DNA from: Candidatus Eiseniibacteriota bacterium
GTDB taxonomy: Bacteria; Eisenbacteria; RBG-16-71-46
Length of the DNA: 31,440 nucleotides
Direction of reading: 5' to 3'
Assembly: GCA_044222065.1 (NCBI GenBank)
Contig: JBGAOA010000051.1
Location: forward strand, 1 to 31,440
Shown piece after piece: positions 19,537 through 28,959 of the stretch. The notes beneath the pieces are model-generated. The model searched no databases and was not told the DNA's origin. It saw only the letters and a program-made list of their open reading frames with translations. The first letter of the stretch is position 1. Every line of letters starts with the position of its first letter. Both the position numbers and the translations under genes were made by a program.

Positions 19537-22266
19537 CTACGTCCGGGCGCTCAGCAGTTCGAGCGGGTCGAGCCGGCGGCCATCGCACTCCGTCCACAGC
19601 CCGGTGCGCTCCACGTCGGTGGTGCGCGGGTCGGTGCCGGGAAGGACGAGGCCGACGAGTTCGTCCGGCCGCACCTGGGCACGCGCCGTGAATCGGAGGC
19701 ACGCATCCAGCGCGGCGGGAAATTCCGCGTCGAACGTCGCGAGCGAAACGATCGAGGGTCGAGCGTCGAATTCGCGGGTCTGGTCTTCGCTCTGCCGTCT
19801 CACGAGGACGTGCTCACGCGCGAGCAGTGCACGCGCGCCGGACTCGAGCCGGTCGCGCAGCGATTCGGGCGTGAGCCTCGCCTCTTCGAGGAACGCAGCC
19901 GGGAACCGGATCCGGTACGTCGCCCCTTCGAGCTGGCTCATCAGCGAAGGTGTCTTGAAGAGAATGGGCCGGAAGCCGGTCACTTCGAGTCCCGGCGGCA
20001 GCACCGCGTTCAGCCGCTCCGCCAGGTCCACGGCGGGAGGCTGCGAGAACTCGAGGTCGAACGCTTCGGCCCGTGAGCGATACCCCAGCGGCAACGGCGG
20101 CCCGAACGACATCTTCAGGTGCGGATGATGCCCCTGGGTGAAGGCGAGCGGGAGTCCCGAGCGCCGAAGCGCCCGCTCCCAGGTCCGCATGAGGTCGAGG
20201 TGCGAGGTGAAACGCATGTCCGCGCCCTTCTCGAACACGATGCGGAACCGTGTGCTGGTGGCGACGCCGCCCGCCGTCGCCGTGCGGCGCGTGCGGCGTC
20301 CGTAACGGACCGGAGGCACGCTGGCACGCGCGGCCTCCAGGTCGAGCGGTGCGTGCGGCGCCTTGACCCACGGACGCTGGGGGCAGTCCGTGACGCCGCA
20401 CGAGAAGCACACGTCCTCGAGCCGGCAGTCGTCGGTGACCGCGGCCCGATCGGCGCGCAGCTTCTCGCGCACCAGGAACTTCTTCGTCACCGGGGACTGA
20501 ACGACGTCCCACGGCTGGTCCAGATCCGTCGAGCGCTCGACCAGCTCGCGCTCGGGATCCATTCCGAGATCGCGGAACACCGCCATCCAGACGTCGAACC
20601 GGAGGTGCTCCGACCATGCGTCGAAGCGGCAGCCGCGACGCCATGCTTCTTCGACCGCGCGGCCGAGCCGGCGGTCGCCGCGCGTGAACACGCCCTCGAG
20701 CAGCGACGTCTCCGCGTCGCGGTACTTGAGCGTGACCGGCTTGCCCTTCACCGCCTCGCGCAGCACGCCGAGGCGGCGGTTGAGTTCCCTCGTGGACACC
20801 TGCTCCGCCCACGCGAACGGCGTGTGCGGCTTCGGCACGTGCGGCGAGACGCTCGCCGTGATGCGGAAGTTGCGGTTCCCCGCTGCGCGCGCGGCGACCC
20901 ACGCCTTGTTCGCGAGGTCGAGGATCGCCCGCAGGTCGTCGTCGTTCTCGCCCGGCAGGCCGCACATGAAGTACAGCTTTGCGCCGGTGTAGCCCTCGCG
21001 CGCCGCGGTACCGACCGAGTTCAGCAGTTCCTGTTCGGAGTGGTTCTTGTTGATGACGTCACGCATGCGCTGGCTGCCGGCCTCGGGCGCGAGCGTGATG
21101 GAGCCCTTCTTCTGCGCCGCCATGCGGCGCGCGACGTCGGGCGGAACGTTGTCGGGACGCGTCGAGGGCAGCGAGATCTGCACGCGCGTCGGGCACAGTT
21201 CGTCCGCGAGCGCGTTCACCTGGTCCACGATCTGCGTGTGATCGGTGGACGAGAGCGAGATGAGCGACACCTCCTCGAGTCCCGTCGCGGAGAGCCCGCC
21301 GAGCACTTCTTCGACGATCTGCTGCGCGGGCTTCTCGCGCACCGGGCGGTTGATCATTCCCGCCTGGCAGAAGCGGCAGCCGCGCGTGCAGCCGCGCATG
21401 ATCTCGACCGAAAGGCGGTCGTGCGTGATCTCGCCGACGGGCAGCAGCGGCGCCGCCGGGTAGTACTCGCTCTTGAGCGCGGCCACGTAAACGGAGTCGA
21501 CGCGCGCGGGGAACCCCGGGCGAGCCGAGGGCACGAGCCAGCCCTCCGGCGTCGCGTGCGTCACGTAGCCCGACGGCACGTACACGCCGCGCACGTGCGC
21601 GAGCGCGCGCAGCAGCGTCGGGCGCGGCCAGCGCTCGCGCTTCGCGCGCTTCACGGTGTTCACGACCTCGTGGATGACGTCTTCTCCGTCGCCGATCACG
21701 TACGCGTCCACGAACTCCGCCATGGGCTCGGGGCTGAACGCCTGCGCGCCGCCCGCGATGACGAGCGGATGCCGCGCGTCGCGTTCCACGGTCCGCAGCG
21801 GCAGGCCCGCGAGGTCGAGCATGTTGAGCACGTTCGTGTACTGGAGTTCGTACTGGAGCGAGAAGCCGAGCACGTCGAAGTCCGTGGCCGCAGCGTGCGT
21901 GTCCACCGAGAAGAGCGGCAGTCCGAGCCGGCGCATCTCGGCCTCGGCGTCCGGCCACGGCGCAAACGTCAGTTCGGCCGCAACATCGGCGCGCCCGTTC
22001 AGGATGTGATGGATGATCCGGATGCCGACGTTCGAGAGCCCGATCTCGTAGGCGTCCGGGAACGCGAGCAGGACGCGGACCTCGGCCTCCGCCAGCGGTT
22101 TGCGAGGCACGTGCAGCGCGTTCCCGAGGTAGCGATTCGGCTTCGACACCCGGGGCAGCAGCTGATGCTGGATCCGCTCCCGGATCGAGAGCGGAGTCCG
22201 CACGCCTTCGGCGAGCGCGCTCGTGACGATGACGCGTTCCTCCACGGCAGACCTTGAGTCGGGCAT
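19537..22266 (-). CDS. B12-binding-type radical SAM protein (TIGR03960-like) fused to TIGR03936/DUF2344-like domain
   Basis: FPDAYEIG, LQYEL.YTN, RGCTRGCRFCQAG, APEAG, FDAWSEH, Cys cluster CRLEDVCFSCG, then RFTSHLDL...PPLPLG; start uncertain. Confidence 0.92.
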   Translation of the reverse strand: MPDSRSAVEERVIVTSALAEGVRTPLSIRERIQHQLLPRVSKPNRYLGNALHVPRKPLAEAEVRVLLAFPDAYEIGLSNVGIRIIHHILNGRADVAAELTFAPWPDAEAEMRRLGLPLFSVDTHAAATDFDVLGFSLQYELQYTNVLNMLDLAGLPLRTVERDARHPLVIAGGAQAFSPEPMAEFVDAYVIGDGEDVIHEVVNTVKRAKRERWPRPTLLRALAHVRGVYVPSGYVTHATPEGWLVPSARPGFPARVDSVYVAALKSEYYPAAPLLPVGEITHDRLSVEIMRGCTRGCRFCQAGMINRPVREKPAQQIVEEVLGGLSATGLEEVSLISLSSTDHTQIVDQVNALADELCPTRVQISLPSTRPDNVPPDVARRMAAQKKGSITLAPEAGSQRMRDVINKNHSEQELLNSVGTAAREGYTGAKLYFMCGLPGENDDDLRAILDLANKAWVAARAAGNRNFRITASVSPHVPKPHTPFAWAEQVSTRELNRRLGVLREAVKGKPVTLKYRDAETSLLEGVFTRGDRRLGRAVEEAWRRGCRFDAWSEHLRFDVWMAVFRDLGMDPERELVERSTDLDQPWDVVQSPVTKKFLVREKLRADRAAVTDDCRLEDVCFSCGVTDCPQRPWVKAPHAPLDLEAARASVPPVRYGRRTRRTATAGGVATSTRFRIVFEKGADMRFTSHLDLMRTWERALRRSGLPLAFTQGHHPHLKMSFGPPLPLGYRSRAEAFDLEFSQPPAVDLAERLNAVLPPGLEVTGFRPILFKTPSLMSQLEGATYRIRFPAAFLEEARLTPESLRDRLESGARALLAREHVLVRRQSEDQTREFDARPSIVSLATFDAEFPAALDACLRFTARAQVRPDELVGLVLPGTDPRTTDVERTGLWTECDGRRLDPLELLSART

Positions 22267-22402
22267 CGGGCGACCGCGTGCGTCGGGGTGGACGCCGGGC
22301 CGCGAAGGGGCGCCCGGACGAGCGCCCGAGGGCGGATTCGCGCGCAGAAGCTAGCACAGTGTCCCTATGTCGGACAGAGGTTTCCAAGCGCCAAACAATT
22401 CG

Positions 22403-22430
22403 TTGACAGCCGCTCGAGGACCGCTAGCCT
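22403..22430 (+). promoter_or_regulatory. Putative sigma-70 promoter of the secreted protein gene
   Basis: TTGACA, 16-bp spacer, TAGCCT, with a relatively AT-rich upstream stretch. Confidence 0.55.
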
Positions 22431-22538
22431 TTCCACGTCCCGTGACGTTCGCGGGCCGTCTTTTCGCGCCCGAGACCCGTTCCCCCGAACTCGTATCGAG
22501 GGCGCGGCCGCCCTGAAGTTCTGCTCCGGAGGGGGAAC

Positions 22539-23093
22539 ATGAGAATCCGCTCGCTGTGCGCGTTCCTAATCGCCGCCGCCGTCCTGACGCTGACGAGTTC
22601 CCCGGGGCGCGCGGACGATGGTGTGTTGTGGCTCATCACCTATCCCCCCGCGAACGCGCCGCAGGATGGCGCGCTCGGTCCGGGCGGCGCTCGCCGTGTG
22701 ATCGTCAATCTGTCGAGCGCGGCTCCAAATGCCAAAGCGGGCGGCAGCGAGACGCAGAGCCTGCTCGGCGTGAAGGTCGTGAACTCGAACCCTCCCGGCT
22801 GCGGGCTTCCGAATCCGATTCTCGACTCGGCCACCCAGTTCACGCTCGACTGGGGCACCGTGTGTCCGCTCCCGGGGCACGCCGTCATCGTGTACGTGAG
22901 CTCGACGGGAACGCAGGGCAGCGCCTCCGGAAGCTGGCGAGACGCCGGCAACTCCCAGGTCAGCCCGGCGATCGTTCAGCGCATCGGTCCGGCCCCTGCG
23001 CTGTCGCCGACGTCACTCGGACTGCTCGTCACGGGACTGCTGTTCGCCGGGGGTTCGCTCGCCCGGCGCCGGGCGGCGTCGGCGCGAGCCTGA
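22539..23093 (+). CDS. Secreted protein with IPTL-CTERM-like C-terminal sorting tail
   Basis: GGAGG SD; signal peptide ending GRA-DD; C-terminus PAPALSPTSLGLLVTGLLFAGGSLARRR (motif + TM + basic cluster). Confidence 0.75.
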   Translation: MRIRSLCAFLIAAAVLTLTSSPGRADDGVLWLITYPPANAPQDGALGPGGARRVIVNLSSAAPNAKAGGSETQSLLGVKVVNSNPPGCGLPNPILDSATQFTLDWGTVCPLPGHAVIVYVSSTGTQGSASGSWRDAGNSQVSPAIVQRIGPAPALSPTSLGLLVTGLLFAGGSLARRRAASARA

Positions 23094-23109
23094 GCCTGCG
23101 CGTCCGGCG

Positions 23110-25461
23110 CTAGGCCGGCAGCCCGCTCGACTCGACGACCGAATCGAACCCGGCGCGCTCGTCGGCGCCGAGCGGAGGCGCTTCGCTCGGCCAGACGATC
23201 GCGCGGCTGCGCGATCCGATCACGTCGCGGAATTCGGCGGACTCCTGCAGCGCGCCGAGCTCCGGCAGCAGTCGCCACGCGGCCCAGTGACGCTGGTCGA
23301 TGCGTTCGGCCTCCCGCAGGTAGCGCGCGAGGCGACCGGCATCGCCCGCGGCCGCCGCGGCCGCCGCCGCGATCTCGCAGCCGTACGACTCGGCCGGCGG
23401 TTCGGCATCGAGGCGGACGAAGCGCGACAGCGCGCGCGCCGCCTCGCCGGCGCGCGCGGCGAGCAGCGCCTCGACCGCGTCCGCGATCGCGCCGGTGACG
23501 CCGAGCGCGGCCGTCGGCGAGTTCGCGCGCGCCGTCGGATGCGCCGTCGTGCTCCGCCGCGGCGGGCGCGCAGCGCCACGGCGTAGGTCGTGAAGAACGG
23601 GCTCGCGCCCGCCGCCTGCGCGCGCGTCGCGGACTCGGCGCACGCGTCGTAGCGCCGCGTGTGGAGCAGCACGGTCGCGAGCATCAGGTGGCCGAAGGCG
23701 TAGGCCGGGTCCATACGGTGATCGAGCGGCGGAATGCCCCGCGAAGTCGCCGCCCGTGAGCAGCTCCTGCCCGAGATTGATGAGGGCGGGCAGCGAGCGC
23801 GGGTCGGCGTCGAGCGCCCGGCGCAATGCCGCGATCGCGCGCTCGGGCTCGCGCCGCGTACGCCACAACAGCGCCTCGGCTTTGTGCCCCTCGGACAGCT
23901 TCGGCTCGATCTCGATCGCGCGCCGCGCCGCCTCGAATCCGCGCTCGGGCCACGCGGGATCCTCGTCCCAGCGCTTGTCGGCGAACTGCGCGCAGCAGTC
24001 CGCGATGCCGGCCCAGGCGAGCGCGTAGCGCGCGTCGAGTGCGACCGCGCGTTCGAACAGCGCGAGCGCGGCGCGGTTGTCGTCCGGCGTGTAGCGCCGG
24101 TAGAGCTCGCGCCCCTTCAGGTACAGGTCGTACGCCTCGGCCTCGGCCGGCCGGCCGCGGCGGATCTCGGCGGCTTCGTCGGGCGTGAGCGTGCCGCGCA
24201 ACGCGGTCGCGATCGCGCGCGCGATGTCCTCCTGCACGGCGAAGACGTCTTCGAGCGTGCGGTCGTAGCGCTCGGCCCAGATCTGGAATCCGTCGCGCAC
24301 GTTGACGAGCTGCACGGTGATCCGCACGCGTGCGCCGGAGCGCCGGACGCCGCCCTCGAGCACCGTCGCGACGCCGAGCTCGCGGCCGACAGTCTGGAGT
24401 TCGACGCTCCGGCCGCGGTAACGCTCGACGGCGTTGCGCGAGGCGACGCGCAGTCCCGGCACCTTCGAGAGGTCGGTGAGCAGGTCCTCGGTGATGCCCT
24501 CGCAGAAGTAGTCGTTCTCGGGATCACGCGACAGGTTCTGGAAGAACAGCGCGGCGAGCGTGCGCGGCGCCGGCGTCGGCGTCCGCCCGGACTCGGTCGC
24601 GCCCGGGCGCGCGCCCGTCGTCGTGACCGGGAACCCGGGGCCCGCGGGCGCGTCGCCGACCACCGCCGTGATTGCCTCCGCGAACGCCTCGACCGAGGGG
24701 TAGCGCCGCTCGGGCAGCTTCGCGAGCGCGCGCGCGAACACGGCGTCCCACTCGGGCGCGAGCCCCGACCGCCGCGTCGAGGGCGGCGCCGGCTCGTGGT
24801 TCAGGATCGCGTGGAACAGCGCGGCCATGCTGCCGCCCGCGAACGGCAGCGCGCCCGTGAGGCATTCGTACGCGACGACGGCGAGCGAGAACTGGTCGGC
24901 CGCCGGGCCGACGCGCAGGCCCATCACCTGCTCGGGCGCGACGTAGGCCGGCGTTCCGATCACGGCGCTCGCCGACGTGAGGCCCGCGGCGCCTTCGACG
25001 AGGCGCGCGATGCCGAAGTCCGAGAGCTTGATCGCGCCGTCCCTTCCGAGCAGCACGTTCTCGCTCTTCACGTCGCGATGCACGATGCCGCGGGCGTGCG
25101 CGACCGCGAGTCCGGCGGCGACCGCGCGCACGACGTCGCGTGTGCGCGCCTCCGAGAGCCAGCCCCCCGCGAGCGCGTCCTTGAGCGTCGAGCCGTCCAC
25201 GAGCTGCATCGCGAGGAACGGCTGACCGTCCACCTCGTCGAATTCGTACAGCATGCAGATGTTCGGGTGCTCGAGCGCCGAGACGGCGCGCGCCTCGGCG
25301 AGGAAGCGCGCGCGCGCGTCGGGGTCGCGCGCCTGCAGCGGCGAGAGCAGCTTGAGCGCGACGTGCCGGCCGAGTCGCACGTCCTCCGCGCGGAACACCG
25401 CGCCCATGCCGCCCTGGCCGAGCGGCTCGATCAGGCGGTAGTGCGAGAGGCGCTCGAGCAC
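23110..25461 (-). CDS. Hanks-type Ser/Thr kinase + TolB-like domain + TPR repeats (local frameshifts near 23510-23740)
   Basis: GQGGMG, VALK, HRDVKSEN, DFG, GTPAYVAPE; FQNLSRDPENDYFCEGITEDL domain; AYDLYLKG TPR region; likely GTG start at 25461. Confidence 0.9.
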   Translation of the reverse strand: MLERLSHYRLIEPLGQGGMGAVFRAEDVRLGRHVALKLLSPLQARDPDARARFLAEARAVSALEHPNICMLYEFDEVDGQPFLAMQLVDGSTLKDALAGGWLSEARTRDVVRAVAAGLAVAHARGIVHRDVKSENVLLGRDGAIKLSDFGIARLVEGAAGLTSASAVIGTPAYVAPEQVMGLRVGPAADQFSLAVVAYECLTGALPFAGGSMAALFHAILNHEPAPPSTRRSGLAPEWDAVFARALAKLPERRYPSVEAFAEAITAVVGDAPAGPGFPVTTTGARPGATESGRTPTPAPRTLAALFFQNLSRDPENDYFCEGITEDLLTDLSKVPGLRVASRNAVERYRGRSVELQTVGRELGVATVLEGGVRRSGARVRITVQLVNVRDGFQIWAERYDRTLEDVFAVQEDIARAIATALRGTLTPDEAAEIRRGRPAEAEAYDLYLKGRELYRRYTPDDNRAALALFERAVALDARYALAWAGIADCCAQFADKRWDEDPAWPERGFEAARRAIEIEPKLSEGHKAEALLWRTRREPERAIAALRRALDADPRSLPALINLGQELLTGGDFAGHSAARSPYGPGLRLRPPDARDRAAPHAALRRVRRVRDARAGGGREPVLHDLRRGAARPPRRSTTAHPTARANSPTAALGVTGAIADAVEALLAARAGEAARALSRFVRLDAEPPAESYGCEIAAAAAAAAGDAGRLARYLREAERIDQRHWAAWRLLPELGALQESAEFRDVIGSRSRAIVWPSEAPPLGADERAGFDSVVESSGLPA

Positions 25462-25633
25462 GGGACACTCCGGAAGTCGGACACGCAGGCGCGGGGGACC
25501 GCCCGAGGGAAGCGAATGCGCGCGGCGCTGTCCACTGCGAATTGCGGCGTGCGCGGTCGCCGCGGCTTCTATCGCCGAGAAGGCTTGGGCTATAGTGCCG
25601 CCGTCGCCCTCCTCTTTCGCCGCGCGAGGAACC

Positions 25634-26320
25634 ATGAAGGTCTCCGACTCCACGTATTACGCGCTGAAGCGATTGCATTCGCTGACCGGCGTCGTTCCGG
25701 TCGGCCTCTTCCTACTCGAACACCTGTTCACGAACTCCCGCGCGCTCGCGGGCGCCGACGCGTTCAATCGCGCGGCCGAGGACCTCGCGGCCCTCCCGTA
25801 CGTCCAGCTCCTCGAGCTGTTCGGAATCGGCGTCCCGATCCTGTTCCACATGGTGCTCGGACTGCTGATCGCGACGACGATGCAGGCCAACACCGGGCGC
25901 CACGGCTACTCGCGCAACTGGGCCTACCTGCTCCAGCGCGTGACGGGGATCTTCCTCACCGTCTACATCCTGTTCCACGTCTGGGCGACGCGGCTCTCGC
26001 CCGAAGTGCTGCGCGGCGACACCGACCTGTTCTCGCTGATGCAGCGCATCCTCGAGCATCCCGCCATGATCGCGTTCTACGCGCTCGGCGTGATCGCCGC
26101 CGCGTACCACTTCGGGAACGGCCTGTTCGGGTTCGCGATCCACTGGGGCCTCGCGACCGGTCGCAACGCCCAGCGCTGGGCCGCCCGGCTCGCGTTCGGC
26201 GTGTTCCTCGTGCTGACGCTGGTCGGCCTCAACTCCCTGCTCGCGTTCCTCGGCCACGGCGTGCGCTGGTTCGAGCGCGGCGGCGACGCGACGGTCACGA
26301 TGACGGAGGGCTCGCGCTGA
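25634..26320 (+). CDS. sdhC: Succinate dehydrogenase cytochrome b558 subunit (Bacillus type)
   Basis: RLHSLTGVVPVG, LEHL, LFH, QRVTG, FHV, YHFGNGL; GAGG SD before ATG 25634; TATAGT at 25591-25596. Confidence 0.95.
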   Translation: MKVSDSTYYALKRLHSLTGVVPVGLFLLEHLFTNSRALAGADAFNRAAEDLAALPYVQLLELFGIGVPILFHMVLGLLIATTMQANTGRHGYSRNWAYLLQRVTGIFLTVYILFHVWATRLSPEVLRGDTDLFSLMQRILEHPAMIAFYALGVIAAAYHFGNGLFGFAIHWGLATGRNAQRWAARLAFGVFLVLTLVGLNSLLAFLGHGVRWFERGGDATVTMTEGSR

Positions 26321-28134
26321 TGTCTCAGCCTCGTGTGGCGGTGGTGGGTGGCGGACTCGCGGGGCTGATGGCGGCGATTCGGATCGCCGAAGCCGGCGTG
26401 GCCGTGGACCTGTTCTCGATCGTGCCCGTGAAGCGCTCGCACTCGGTGTGCGCGCAGGGCGGCATCAACGGCGCCGTGAACGTGAAGGGCGAGAACGATT
26501 CGCCCGCGATCCACTTCTTCGACACGGTGAAGGGCGGCGACTTCCTCGCGAACCAGCCGCTCGCGAAGGGCATGTGCTACGCAGCGCCGGGCATCATCTA
26601 CCTGCTCGACCGCATGGGCGTGCCGTTCAACCGCACGCCCGAGGGCCTGCTCGACTTCCGCCGCTTCGGCGGCACGCTGCACCACCGCACCGCGTTCGCG
26701 GGCGCGACGACCGGGCAGCAGATGCTCTACGCGCTCGACGAGCAGGTGCGCCGCCACGAAGCGGCGGGCCTCGTCACGAAGTACGAGGGCTGGGAGTACG
26801 TCGGCTCGGTCAAGGACGGCGGCGGCCGGTGCGTCGGGCTCGTCGCGCTCGATCAGCGTTCGATGAAGCCGAAGGCGTTCCGCGCGGACGCGGTGATGCT
26901 CGCGACCGGCGGCCCCGGGCTGCTGTTCGGCCGCTCGACGAACTCGATCATCAACTCCGGCTCGGCGGCGGCCGCGGCGTACCTCGACGGCGCGTGGTAC
27001 GCGAACGGCGAGTTCATCCAGGTCCACCCCACCGCGATCCCGGGCATGGACAAGCTGCGGCTCATGAGCGAGTCGGCCCGCGGCGAGGGCGGACGCGTGT
27101 GGGTGCCGAAGCAGAAGGGCGACGCGCGCGACCCGAAGCAGATCCCGGACTCCGAGCGCTGGTACTTCCTCGAAGAGAAGTACCCGCGGTTCAAGAACCT
27201 CGTGCCGCGCGACGTCGCGAGCCGCGAGATCCACCACGTGTGCGTGAACCTCGGCATGGGCGTCGGCGGCGGCAACATGGTCTACCTCGACCTGTCGCAC
27301 CTCTCGCGCGAGATGCTCGACCGCAAGCTCGGCGGCATCATGGAGATCTACGAGAAGTTCGTCGGCGACGACCCGCGCGACGTCCCGATGAAAATCTTCC
27401 CCGCCGTCCACTACTCGATGGGCGGCTTGTGGGTGGACTACGAGCGCACGGCGGACGGCTTCGTGGACCTGGGCAGCGTGAAGAACCACATGACGAACGT
27501 CCCGGGCCTCTACGCGATCGGCGAGTGCGAGTATCAGTACCATGGCGCGAACCGGCTCGGCGCGAACTCGCTCCTGTCTTGCATCTACGCCGGACAGATC
27601 GGCGGACCGTCGGCCGTGAAGTGGGCCACGAACCAGAACACGAGCGCCGCGGACGTGCCGTCGTCGGTGTTCGACGACGCCGAGCGCCACTGGAGCCAGC
27701 ACTTCGCCGCGCTCGCGAAGCGCGACGGCCCCGAGAACCCCTACCAGCTGTGGGAGGAACTCGGGCAGTGGATGCTCGAGAACGTCACGATCGTGCGCGA
27801 GAACTCGAAGCTCGATGCGACGGACGCGAAGCTGTGCGAGCTCCAGGAACGCTGGGCGAAGGCCTCGGTGCTGGACGGCGCTGACTGGGCGAACGGCCCG
27901 CTGTCGTTCCTGAACCAGCTCTACAACATGCTCGAACTCGCGCGCGTCGTGACGATCGGCGCGCGGCGGCGCGACGAGAGCCGCGGCGCCCACTTCAAGC
28001 CCGAGTTCCCGAAGCGTGACGACGCGAACTGGCTCAAGACCACGATCGCCACGCACTCGCCCCAGGGACCCCAGCTCCGCTACGACCCGGTCGACGTCTC
28101 GCTCGTCGCGCCCGTCGAGCGCAAGTACGACTAG
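26320..28134 (+). CDS. sdhA: Succinate dehydrogenase flavoprotein subunit
   Basis: GGGLAG, RSHSVCAQGG (FAD-linked His), QVHPT, HYSMGG, HGANRLGANSL, ESRGAH; start overlaps the sdhC stop (TGATG). Confidence 0.98.
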   Translation: MSQPRVAVVGGGLAGLMAAIRIAEAGVAVDLFSIVPVKRSHSVCAQGGINGAVNVKGENDSPAIHFFDTVKGGDFLANQPLAKGMCYAAPGIIYLLDRMGVPFNRTPEGLLDFRRFGGTLHHRTAFAGATTGQQMLYALDEQVRRHEAAGLVTKYEGWEYVGSVKDGGGRCVGLVALDQRSMKPKAFRADAVMLATGGPGLLFGRSTNSIINSGSAAAAAYLDGAWYANGEFIQVHPTAIPGMDKLRLMSESARGEGGRVWVPKQKGDARDPKQIPDSERWYFLEEKYPRFKNLVPRDVASREIHHVCVNLGMGVGGGNMVYLDLSHLSREMLDRKLGGIMEIYEKFVGDDPRDVPMKIFPAVHYSMGGLWVDYERTADGFVDLGSVKNHMTNVPGLYAIGECEYQYHGANRLGANSLLSCIYAGQIGGPSAVKWATNQNTSAADVPSSVFDDAERHWSQHFAALAKRDGPENPYQLWEELGQWMLENVTIVRENSKLDATDAKLCELQERWAKASVLDGADWANGPLSFLNQLYNMLELARVVTIGARRRDESRGAHFKPEFPKRDDANWLKTTIATHSPQGPQLRYDPVDVSLVAPVERKYD

Positions 28135-28142
28135 AGGACGCC

Positions 28143-28895
28143 ATGGCCCGTTCGACGATCGAGCTGCGCATTCGCCGCCAGGACAAGCCGACGTCCGCGC
28201 CCCGCTGGGAAGAGTTCTCGCTCCCCTATCGGGCGAACATGAACATCGTGTCGTGCCTGATGGAGATCCGGAAGCGCCCCGTGACGAAGACGGGCGCGAA
28301 GACGACGCCCGTCCACTGGGAGTCGTCGTGCCTCGAGGAAGTGTGCGGGTCGTGCACGATGGTCGTGAACGGCCGTCCGCGACAGTCGTGCTCGACGCTC
28401 GTGGACCGGCTGCCCGAAGGCACGATCACGCTCGAGCCCCTGTCCAAGTTCCCGGTCGTGCGCGACCTCGTCGTGGACCGCTCGCGAATGTTCGCCTCGC
28501 TCAAGCAGGTGAAGGCGTGGATCCCGATCGACGGCACGTACGACCTCGGGCCCGGCCCGCGGCTCGACGAAGGCGAGCGCGAGCGCTCCTACCACTTCTC
28601 GCAGTGCATGACATGCGGCTGCTGCATGGAGGCGTGCCCGCAGTTCAACGACCACTCCGACTTCATCGGCCCCGCGCCGCTCGGTCAGGTGCGCCTCTTC
28701 AACGCCCATCCGACGGGCCGCATGAACGCGCACGAGCGGCTCGAGGCGATCATGGGCCGCGGCGGCATCGCCGACTGCGGCAATGCCCAGAACTGCGTCG
28801 AGGCGTGCCCGAAGCAGATCCCGCTCACCGAGGCGCTCGGCGAGCTCGGCCGCCAGACGACGTTGCGCTGGATCACGAAGCTGTTCGCGCGCTGA
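28143..28895 (+). CDS. sdhB: Succinate dehydrogenase iron-sulfur subunit
   Basis: CLEEVCGSC...C, CMTCGCCMEACP, CGNAQNCVEACP. Confidence 0.98.
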   Translation: MARSTIELRIRRQDKPTSAPRWEEFSLPYRANMNIVSCLMEIRKRPVTKTGAKTTPVHWESSCLEEVCGSCTMVVNGRPRQSCSTLVDRLPEGTITLEPLSKFPVVRDLVVDRSRMFASLKQVKAWIPIDGTYDLGPGPRLDEGERERSYHFSQCMTCGCCMEACPQFNDHSDFIGPAPLGQVRLFNAHPTGRMNAHERLEAIMGRGGIADCGNAQNCVEACPKQIPLTEALGELGRQTTLRWITKLFAR

Positions 28896-28908
28896 GCCGC
28901 GCGACGAC

Positions 28909-28935
28909 CGCGGGCGCCGCTCCACGGCGTCCGCG
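28909..28935 (+). terminator. Possible stem-loop after sdhB
   Basis: 11-bp stem (one G-U) with 5-nt loop; only a weak T-run follows. Confidence 0.35.
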
Positions 28936-28959
28936 CGCCGTTTCCACCCCGAGGTGCGC

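Noticed and set aside
22360..22376. TGTCC-N7-GGACA dyad in the divergent promoter region
   Set aside because: Only 5-bp arms and a single instance noticed; compatible with chance.
23734..26319. Apparent 1466-aa SdhA fusion
   Set aside because: The N-terminal part is antisense to the kinase and out of frame over sdhC; SdhA starts at ATG 26320.
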